From contig JBHLMP010000062.1 of assembly GCA_048938025.1 (NCBI GenBank), positions 1 through 18,223 on the forward strand: a stretch of DNA of 18,223 bases. The letters run 5' to 3'. The notes under the pieces are model-generated. The model searched no databases and was not told the DNA's origin. It saw only the letters and a program-made list of their open reading frames with translations. A program made the translations under genes and the position numbers. Every line of letters begins with the position of its first letter. The stretch's first letter is position 1. This document shows, piece after piece, positions 7,885-15,319 of this stretch. This DNA is from Promethearchaeota archaeon (GTDB lineage: Archaea; Asgardarchaeota; Lokiarchaeia; Sigyniarchaeales; SOKP01).

Positions 7885-8394
7885 ATGAAAAAAACGGTTA
7901 AAATTGTCGTTTCGGGAGATGGAGGAGTAGGAAAGACATGCTTTTTAAATCGATTAATTCATGATGAGTTTGACATTAACAGTGATTTAACTAAAGGGGT
8001 GGGTTTTTTTTCAAAAAGTGTCTCAGTTAATGGTACTGAATATAATTTTATAATGTGGGATTTTGCTGGTCAAAACCATTTTAGAAGTTTATTAAACAGT
8101 TTTGTGGATGGATCAGTAGCTGCTTTTATTTTATTCGACTTAACACGATTAAATACACTTGAAACAGTTTATGAATGGATTAGAAAAATTTCTAATTATG
8201 GAAAGATACCTACTTTAATTTTAGGATCAAAAAGTGATATAACTAATCTCAATGATTATTCATATCTCAATGAATATATTTCAGAAATAAGGAAATATTA
8301 CAAAAATATTATTGGCTATTTCAATATATCATCAAAAACTGGTTATAATATTAAAAGAGTTTTTGATTTTTTGATAGAAAATATTTCAGATTAG
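7885..8394 (+). CDS. Ras-superfamily small GTPase (Rab/Roc-like, G-domain only)
   Basis: G1 GDGGVGKT, G2 Thr in LTKGVGF, G3 WDFAGQ, G4 SKSD, G5 SSKTG; no C-terminal prenylation motif. Confidence 0.92.
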   Translation: MKKTVKIVVSGDGGVGKTCFLNRLIHDEFDINSDLTKGVGFFSKSVSVNGTEYNFIMWDFAGQNHFRSLLNSFVDGSVAAFILFDLTRLNTLETVYEWIRKISNYGKIPTLILGSKSDITNLNDYSYLNEYISEIRKYYKNIIGYFNISSKTGYNIKRVFDFLIENISD

Positions 8395-8500
8395 ATCCTA
8401 AAAGATTTTTAAAATCAGAACAAATTTAATTAAATAAAACATTATTAAACTAAAATTATTTCTTCTAATTAACTCTTTTTATAAAAGAAAATTAAATACA

Positions 8501-9532
8501 TCATGATATTTTAACAATCCAGCCAAACTCATCCTCGATTTCTAATCGCTGAATACTATTCAAAAGTTCATAAAGTTTTGTAGTTAAATCTCCAGGCTCC
8601 CCGTTGTTAAACACTCTTTTTTTCCCTTCTAAAAATACAGATGATATTGGTGTTATAACAGCAGCAGTTCCTGTACAGAAAGCTTCTGTACAACTATCTT
8701 TAAATAATTCTTTATAGGAGATATCTCTTTCTTCAACTTCTATTCCAAGTTTTTTTGAGCAGAGTTCCAAAATAGCCTCTCTTGTAATTCCTTCTAAAAT
8801 TGTGCCAGTTTTTCTTGGAGTAGCTAATTTACCATCGATTAATCCGAAAAAATTAGCGGTTCCAACTTCTTCAATATATTCCATATTTATAGCATCTAAA
8901 TAAAGTATTTGGGCAAAACCCTTGGTTTTCGTTTCTTTTGCAGGTAACATAGTTCCTGCATAATTACAACACGTTTTAGCAGATCCAGTGCCTCCCGGTG
9001 CAGCTCTAGTATATTTTTTCGAAATTTCTAGATCAATTCCATTAAACCCTTCAGGAAAATAAGGTCCTACAGGTACAGTAAAAACTATAAATTTATACTC
9101 ATCAGCAGGGGCAACACCTACAATTGGTCCATTTCCAATCATTAAAGGTCGTACGTATAATGTTCCACCACTATCATACGGAGGAATATATTCTTCATTA
9201 GCTTTTACAACTTTCTTAACTGCGTCTAAAAATTTATCAACATTATATTCTGGCATTACCATCCTTCTAGCACTCATATTAAATCTTTTGCCATTTTCTT
9301 CAGGTCGAAATAACACAATATCTCCAGTTTTAGCTCTCAAAGCTTTCATACCCTCGAAAATGCCCTGCCCATAATTCAATACACATGCAGCTGGTGAGAT
9401 TTCAAAATTTCCAAATGGTATTAAATTTCCATCATCCCATTTTCCATTCTTATAATCTGATACAAACATAGTTTTGGTTTCAAGATACCTGAAACCTAAT
9501 GAATAAAAATCAATATCTTTTGGATCTACCAT
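8501..9532 (-). CDS. ilvE: Branched-chain amino-acid aminotransferase (PLP class IV; ORF track start TTG 9541)
   Basis: LNYGQGIFEGMKA, LFRPEENGKRF, LYVRP, PVGPYF, RAAPGGTGSAK(PLP)TCCNYA, EEVGTANFF, ILEGITR, EAFCTGTAAVITPI. Confidence 0.95.
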   Translation of the reverse strand: MVDPKDIDFYSLGFRYLETKTMFVSDYKNGKWDDGNLIPFGNFEISPAACVLNYGQGIFEGMKALRAKTGDIVLFRPEENGKRFNMSARRMVMPEYNVDKFLDAVKKVVKANEEYIPPYDSGGTLYVRPLMIGNGPIVGVAPADEYKFIVFTVPVGPYFPEGFNGIDLEISKKYTRAAPGGTGSAKTCCNYAGTMLPAKETKTKGFAQILYLDAINMEYIEEVGTANFFGLIDGKLATPRKTGTILEGITREAILELCSKKLGIEVEERDISYKELFKDSCTEAFCTGTAAVITPISSVFLEGKKRVFNNGEPGDLTTKLYELLNSIQRLEIEDEFGWIVKIS

Positions 9533-9696
9533 AAATATCAAATTCTTCTTCTAATTGGTAAAATTATATATGAAGCTTTTGTTAAAAAATCTTTTCAATA
9601 AAAAATGAATAAAACATAAATAAGCCAAATTAGTTTATTTATTATATTTTTAGAGAATTAAATGAATAACATACAATAATAAATTAAAAATTTAAA

Positions 9697-10641
9697 ATGA
9701 CCCACGAATTACATAATTCCGAAGAGTTAAAATTAATAATGGGCGGTTTAGACAATGCAGGCAAAACTAGTTTTTTAATTGCTTTAAGACAAAAATATAA
9801 TTTCTATGAACGAGTTACAAGTTTAAAGCCAACTATAAATATTGATTATAGTTCATTTAATTTTTTAAATCTTTATCGTATAAATCTTTGGGATATGGGT
9901 GGTCAAGAACGGTTTAGAAAAATCTATATTAATAATCCTGTATATTTTACTGATACTAATTATCTTTACTATCTTATTGATGTTCAAGATGAAATAAGAT
10001 TTGAGGAATCCATTCAATATTTATCCGATCTTTTGGATATTTTTAGAAGTTTAGAATATTCGAATGAAATTATAATATGCTTTCATAAATATGACCCAAA
10101 GTTTAAAAATAGCGAAGATTTCGTTGATAGAATAGAAATGATTAAAAATTTAGTTTTAACCCAAAATAAAGATTTACAATTCAGGTTTTTTAATACATCA
10201 TACTATGATATTTCTTCATTATCAAGAGCTTTATCATACTCTTTAAATAAATTGTTAAATATAGAGAGAATTAACTCCAAATTGCAAACCTTAGTCGTTA
10301 ATTTTAATTGTAACCACTTAACTTTATACACTGGCAATGGTTTAATTATTTCTGATTATTACAACGAAATAATGGACACAAGAGATTTTGAAGAGATAAT
10401 AACTAACAAAATTAACGATAATCTAGAATTTTTTCAAAGATTAGGTGATGAAAATGTTAGAATCGATGAAAGAGTGACATTATTTAAAGAAAATACTGAA
10501 TATGTAAAAAAATTCGACATATCAATTGGTAATGAAGTTATAACCTTTTATCTAGGTATTTCAACTCCTTTAAAGGAAATTGAAGAATTAAAAAAGGAGT
10601 TAGAAAAGTTTAAAATTATTTTAGAATCTACTTTTACTTAA
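9697..10641 (+). CDS. Rag/Gtr1-like small GTPase with C-terminal roadblock-like domain
   Basis: G1 GLDNAGKTS, G2 KPT, G3 WDMGGQ, Rag-type G4 HKYD and G5 TSYYD. The C-terminal ~125 aa (helix; HLTLYTGNGLIISDY; helix; beta strands; terminal helix) fit a roadblock pattern. Confidence 0.8.
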   Translation: MTHELHNSEELKLIMGGLDNAGKTSFLIALRQKYNFYERVTSLKPTINIDYSSFNFLNLYRINLWDMGGQERFRKIYINNPVYFTDTNYLYYLIDVQDEIRFEESIQYLSDLLDIFRSLEYSNEIIICFHKYDPKFKNSEDFVDRIEMIKNLVLTQNKDLQFRFFNTSYYDISSLSRALSYSLNKLLNIERINSKLQTLVVNFNCNHLTLYTGNGLIISDYYNEIMDTRDFEEIITNKINDNLEFFQRLGDENVRIDERVTLFKENTEYVKKFDISIGNEVITFYLGISTPLKEIEELKKELEKFKIILESTFT

Positions 10642-10714
10642 TTTTAATAAAAAAATTAAAATTTTACTTACTTTTATATTAAATAAATTCAATTTTCATA
10701 TCAATTTGAATTTT

Positions 10715-10787
10715 GCCAGAGTCGCCTAGACTGGTAGGGCGACAGCCTGCAGAGTTGTTTACGGGAGTTCAAATCTCCCCTCTGGCT
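10715..10787 (+). tRNA. tRNA-Cys (anticodon GCA), intronless, CCA not encoded
   Basis: Acceptor GCCAGAG/CTCTGGC, D-stem GCCT/GGGC, anticodon stem ACAGC/GTTGT with loop CT-GCA-GA (GCA 10749-10751), T-arm GGGAG-TTCAAAT-CTCCC, discriminator U73 (Cys identity element). Confidence 0.96.
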
Positions 10788-10916
10788 CTAACTGTTTAAG
10801 AATAAAACTAATTTAAATCCGAAAAAAAATACTTCAAAATGTTTATTTACACTTTTTCTTTAAAAAAAATTTTGAAATCCATAATATTTTTCAGAACTAT
10901 TAAGTTAGATAAATAT

Positions 10917-11801
10917 ATGGCTTTACAAAAAGTAACTGTTAGAGATATTATAGAGAAGAAAAAGAAAGGTGAAAAGATTGTAACAATAACATCATATGAC
11001 TATTCATTTGCTAAAATTGTAGATGCGAGCAATTTCGATTTAATTCTTGTCGGAGATACACTTTCGATGGTTGTGCTTGGATATAAGAATACTTTATCTG
11101 TCTCCATGGATGAGATGATTCATCATACTAAGGCTGTAACACGAGCAGTATCAAACGCATTAACAGTTGGTGATATGCCTTTCCTTTCTTATAAAGTTGA
11201 TATAAAAGAAGCTGTTAAAAATGCAGGAAGATTTATTCAAGAAGGTGGTGCTGAAGCTGTTAAAGTTGAAGGTGGAACTGAAATTTGCCCCACGATAAAA
11301 GCAATGATTAATGCAGATATTCAAGTTATGGGTCATATTGGTCTTACACCCCAAGCAATCTATAAATTTGGTGGATTTTTGGTTCAGGGAAAAACTTTAG
11401 AAGCTGCGAAAAAGCTGATTTTAGATGCTAAAAATTTGGAAGAAATAGGTGTTTTTTCAATTGTTTTGGAAAGTATTCCTTGGCAAATTGCAAAGTTGAT
11501 TACAAGGTCTGTTAAGATTCCCACTATTGGTATCGGTGCTGGACCATATTGTGACGGTCAGATATTAGTTATACATGATATGTTAGGTATTTTTACGGAA
11601 TTTAAACCCAAATTTCTCAAATATTTTGGTAATATTGGGGAATCAATATCTCAAGCATTAGATAAATATAAGAATGAAGTAACAAATGGCATATACCCTG
11701 ATGTTGAGCATTCATATGAGTTTCCTGAACAAGATTTAGATAAAATTGATGAATGGGTTGAGAGCGTTGATCTTAACAAAGAGGCACATAAATTGATTTA
11801 G
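10917..11801 (+). CDS. panB: 3-methyl-2-oxobutanoate hydroxymethyltransferase (ORF track start 10839; ATG 10917 preferred)
   Basis: TSYDY, ILVGDTL, GDMPFLSY, AVKVEGG, MGHIGLTPQ, IVLE, IPTIGIGAG..CDGQILVIHDMLG, PKF. Family similarity begins at MALQKVT. Confidence 0.96.
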   Translation: MALQKVTVRDIIEKKKKGEKIVTITSYDYSFAKIVDASNFDLILVGDTLSMVVLGYKNTLSVSMDEMIHHTKAVTRAVSNALTVGDMPFLSYKVDIKEAVKNAGRFIQEGGAEAVKVEGGTEICPTIKAMINADIQVMGHIGLTPQAIYKFGGFLVQGKTLEAAKKLILDAKNLEEIGVFSIVLESIPWQIAKLITRSVKIPTIGIGAGPYCDGQILVIHDMLGIFTEFKPKFLKYFGNIGESISQALDKYKNEVTNGIYPDVEHSYEFPEQDLDKIDEWVESVDLNKEAHKLI

Positions 11802-11955
11802 AATTTATCAAAGATAATATAGGAAAAATATCTGGATATAATCTATTTTTCGATATAAATAAAATTATAAATTTATATTTATAGTTATTATATATAAAAA
11901 ATTGAATATTTAAAGAAGTAATTTAGAAATATTAATTTAAATAAGTGGACATGTA

Positions 11956-13653
11956 ATGGCTGAAGAATACGACTTTCTATTCAAGTCAATAGTTGTAGGA
12001 GATGGAGGTGTTGGTAAAACTGCTTTAACTCTTCGCTTTTCTAAAGGTTTTTTCACAGAAGATTATAAAATGACTATTGGGGTTGATTTCCATGTGAAAA
12101 CAATCACTATTGATACTAATGAAGGACCAATTCGAGCGAAACTACAAATATGGGATACAGGTGGACAAGAAAGATTTAGTTCTATAAGACCAATGTATTA
12201 TCGAGGATCTTTAGGAGCTTTAATGATCTTTGATCTTACAAATTCTGCTAGCTTCGAACATTTACCTCAATGGATTGAAGAAGTAAGAGCAAATGTAAAA
12301 AGTGAGATCCCTTTATTATTAGTCGGAAATAAGAGTGATTTAACTGATGAAAGATTAGTTTCAATAGAAGAAATTAACAATTTCACAAGAGATTTTAATT
12401 TATATTATATGGAAACTTCCGCAAAGACAGGTGAGGGTGTTGGTGATTGTTTCTATATTCTAGCTTGTCTAATGATAGGATCAGGAGTACCAGATCAATT
12501 AATATCTAAAAACATTGTTTATAGTCCTGGTCAAATTCTGGGTGTACCTAAAGCTATAACTTCACCAGTTACTCTATCAGAACCAGAATATAATTTCTCT
12601 GCACCTCCAGTCCCTGAACCAACTACTACATTCGAACCAGAGCCTAGATTTGAATTTGAAGCACCTCCAGTCCCTGAACCAACCCTAATGGAAAAATCTG
12701 AACCTATCCATATATTTGAACCAGAAATAGAACCAGATATTCTTATTCCAGAACCAAAAGTAGAAGAAAAAGGCGAAAAACAAGTTGAATTCGAATTTAA
12801 AACCCCCGATGAAATATTATCTAAAGGAGCAGATCAAAAGCCCGTTATTACTACTTCTTCAGATATTTCCACAACTATTGATAGAGAGAGTTATAAACCT
12901 AAAGCAGTGCCTTTTACTTCAAGTGTTCCTATTCCAGCGCCACCACCAGAAGGATTTCAAGCCCCTCAAGAAATACTACATGCAGAAAAAACTAAAGCTC
13001 CTGCTCCGTTTCTAATTACAAAGAAGGAAGAACCGTCTAAACCAACATCTATGACATTAGACAGACCTGTTGAAACTATTTCTGAACCATCATCAGAATC
13101 ATTAATAGATTATATGCCTGAGACTATTTTATCTAAGAAAGAAAAGAAAAAATTAGCCAAACAGAAAAAGAAAGAAGAAAAAGAAAAAGCTAAATTAGAG
13201 AAGGAGAAAAAGATCCAAGAAGCAAGAGAAAAGCAAGAAAGACTAATTAAAGATATGAAAACAATTAAGAAGGAAAAGAAAGAAAAGAAAGAAGAGGTTG
13301 AAGCAAAAATGCCTATACCAATACAACCTACACCTTCAACTTCTACAACATCAGAAACACCTTCACTTTTTCAAGCTTTAACCCAAAAAGCTGAAGAATC
13401 AGATCAAGCGAAAACTTCTACCTTTATCCCTTTTGCTGCTATTAAAAAGTCTGAAATACGAGAAAGTAGTAAATTAAGAATAATCCCTAATGTAGCTGAT
13501 ATTGAAAGTAAAACTCCCGCAACCCCTGTTGTACCAATTAGCCAAAAGAAAGTCCAACAACCTGCAAGTAAGGAAATAATAATTTGTAAACAATGCGGTG
13601 CTATATTATCTTCAGATTATGCTTTTTGCAATAAGTGCGGAACTAAACTATGA
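11956..13653 (+). CDS. Large Rab-like GTPase: N-terminal Rab G-domain, Pro/Glu-rich linker, Lys/Glu-rich helix, C-terminal zinc ribbon
   Basis: YDFLFK, GDGGVGKT, TIGVDF, KLQIWDTGGQERF, YYRG, IFDLT, GNKSD, ETSAKTG. Tail ends CKQC-x10-CNKCGTKL. Confidence 0.92.
   Translation: MAEEYDFLFKSIVVGDGGVGKTALTLRFSKGFFTEDYKMTIGVDFHVKTITIDTNEGPIRAKLQIWDTGGQERFSSIRPMYYRGSLGALMIFDLTNSASFEHLPQWIEEVRANVKSEIPLLLVGNKSDLTDERLVSIEEINNFTRDFNLYYMETSAKTGEGVGDCFYILACLMIGSGVPDQLISKNIVYSPGQILGVPKAITSPVTLSEPEYNFSAPPVPEPTTTFEPEPRFEFEAPPVPEPTLMEKSEPIHIFEPEIEPDILIPEPKVEEKGEKQVEFEFKTPDEILSKGADQKPVITTSSDISTTIDRESYKPKAVPFTSSVPIPAPPPEGFQAPQEILHAEKTKAPAPFLITKKEEPSKPTSMTLDRPVETISEPSSESLIDYMPETILSKKEKKKLAKQKKKEEKEKAKLEKEKKIQEAREKQERLIKDMKTIKKEKKEKKEEVEAKMPIPIQPTPSTSTTSETPSLFQALTQKAEESDQAKTSTFIPFAAIKKSEIRESSKLRIIPNVADIESKTPATPVVPISQKKVQQPASKEIIICKQCGAILSSDYAFCNKCGTKL
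12601..12683 (+). repeat. Intragenic tandem duplication with 60-bp period (23-bp exact core)
   Basis: GCACCTCCAGTCCCTGAACCAAC at 12601-12623 and 12661-12683, encoding EPEYNFSAPPVPEPT / EPRFEFEAPPVPEPT. Confidence 0.85.
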
Positions 13654-13766
13654 ATTTTACTTCACTTTTTATTCCTTAATCATAAATTAGTGTAAATCCC
13701 GATCTGTATAGTCTTTTTGAAATATTATTATATTAAATAATTTTTTTTAAAATACAATAAGAAAAA

Positions 13767-14549
13767 TTAAATATTTTTTCCACATATAGGACAAGTACTC
13801 CACATTTTCTTAATTTTTGAATTGCAATGAGGACAAATCTTTAAATTAGGATCAATTCTTGTTTGAGGTCTCCCAAAGATTGTTACATTATCATTAGTCT
13901 CAATTTGAGGCATTTTTTGTTCCGTAGGCGCTTTCATAGGCTCTTGGGGTATTTTGACGGATTTTTTAATCATATCTCTTGCTATATAGGTTTTTGGTGG
14001 TGCATTTTTTACTTGTGGCTTATAATATTCTTGAGGTTTAATAGATGCTTGTTTTATATTATCTTTTATAACTTTTACCTCTGGTTTTGATGGAGATTGC
14101 TGAATCTCTTCTATTGGCTCACCTACTTTATAATAGAAATATTTACCGTTATTATTTTCAATAATTCTTTCTCCATCTTCCAAATAGACTTCTATATAAT
14201 AAATTATTATTGAGCCTACTGGAACTTCAGCAATTTCCGAAATAAAATAATCCATTTTGATATCCATTTCCATTTGATACCATGATTTCCCTCTGTCAGC
14301 ACTAAAAATTAAATTAACTATTGAAATAGCTTTATTGAAATCTTCCTCAGTGATTTTAACAACAATTTTAATAGTCTTTTTTAGGGCTTCTTCAGAAGCA
14401 CCAATTCTTATTGCTTCTATTTCATCCCATGCAGCTCCACATTTTGGGCAATTAGTAAACCAATTTGGATATTCAAAGCCACATTTAGTACAGGTTTTAG
14501 TAAAATACCTTGTTGTTTTAATTCCTAGTGTTTTTTTATCTTTCCCCAT
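13767..14549 (-). CDS. Hypothetical protein: N-terminal zinc ribbon, central beta-sandwich-like domain, Pro/Lys linker, C-terminal zinc ribbon
   Basis: CTKC-x10-CPKCG (aa 20-38); beta-rich core ending IIYYIEV...NNNGKYFYYKV; CPHC-x10-CPICG at the C-terminus. Confidence 0.8.
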   Translation of the reverse strand: MGKDKKTLGIKTTRYFTKTCTKCGFEYPNWFTNCPKCGAAWDEIEAIRIGASEEALKKTIKIVVKITEEDFNKAISIVNLIFSADRGKSWYQMEMDIKMDYFISEIAEVPVGSIIIYYIEVYLEDGERIIENNNGKYFYYKVGEPIEEIQQSPSKPEVKVIKDNIKQASIKPQEYYKPQVKNAPPKTYIARDMIKKSVKIPQEPMKAPTEQKMPQIETNDNVTIFGRPQTRIDPNLKICPHCNSKIKKMWSTCPICGKNI

Positions 14550-14714
14550 TATATTAGTTCCATTATTTTTGAAATGTAAATCCCAAATAATTTATTACTA
14601 AATATTAAATAATTTTTTGTCTTTAAATATATTTTTTATTGACTTAAGTATTTGGAACAATAATTTTAATAGAATTCTGACCCTTATTTAAGATAATATA
14701 ATATATAACTCTGG

Positions 14715-15309
14715 GTGGAAAAAAATTAATTCTGAAGAAGTTAAAGCCTTTTTAAGTGCAATTAATAATTTAATTGAAATTAAAATATTAATAAGAAATA
14801 TTGCTCCCAACTTTGAATTTGATGATTTACAAAATGAAAGATTTATCGAATTGTTAAAATCGTTATATAATAAACTTAAACCAATATTTTCTAAGTACTT
14901 AAAAGATGAAAATTCAGTACTTACAACAACATTAAGAGATAACATATTTAAAACTCTGAATAGTAATAACTTCGCCTTAATTTCAGCTAATTCTTCAAAA
15001 AAAAAACTAAAAAATATTGGTATAGATCCTCGTCGTTTGATTGTTTCAGGGGGACCACTATTTTTTGAAGACTATGTGGTTCTTAATCCAAACATTAAAA
15101 ACGAACAACTTCAAACTATTAAAAAAAAATGTGATCGTTTTATAAATCAAATAAAAAATGAAACTTGGGAAGAGAAAGATTTAATATTTATTTATGAAAA
15201 AGGAAATTTCACAGATAAAATCATTTTAGATAAAATAAATAGCCTTTCAGAATTAATAGGTAAACAAATAAAGGTTTTAGAAATAAAATCTTGGAAGGAT
15301 TTAAATTAA
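14715..15309 (+). CDS. DUF2100-like archaeal conserved protein; the true start is probably upstream of the ORF-track TTG 14851 (possible 1-nt frameshift in an A7 run)
   Basis: KKKLKNIGIDPRRLIVSGGPL..EDY..LNPNI resembles DUF2100 (from memory). The reading frame is open from 14692 and encodes a protein-like KINSEEVKAFLSAINNLIEIK...APNFEF segment with no in-frame ATG/GTG/TTG. Confidence 0.65.
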
Positions 15310-15319
15310 TAAAAATGTA

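Noticed and set aside
9603-9679. Imperfect direct repeat AAATGAATAA..CATA.AATAA (9603-9623, 9660-9679) between ilvE and the Rag-like gene
   Set aside because: Could be an operator, but it is almost all A/T in an AT-rich spacer and cannot be distinguished from chance without orthologous regions.
10715-10800. tRNA-Cys as an integration site
   Set aside because: No duplicated tRNA 3' end, integrase or compositional shift in the window.
10839-10916. N-terminal extension of PanB
   Set aside because: Low-complexity AT-rich sequence; family similarity starts at ATG 10917.
11160-11354. 64-aa minus-strand ORF
   Set aside because: Antisense within panB.
12785-13015. 76-aa alternative-frame ORF in the Rab linker
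   Set aside because: By-product of Pro/Thr-rich codons (Leu/Gln-rich off-frame); no independent support.
13863-14601. Two plus-strand ORFs (13863-14090, 14335-14601)
   Set aside because: Antisense shadows of the double zinc-ribbon gene.
14688-14945. 85-aa minus-strand ORF
   Set aside because: Antisense to the extended DUF2100-like frame.
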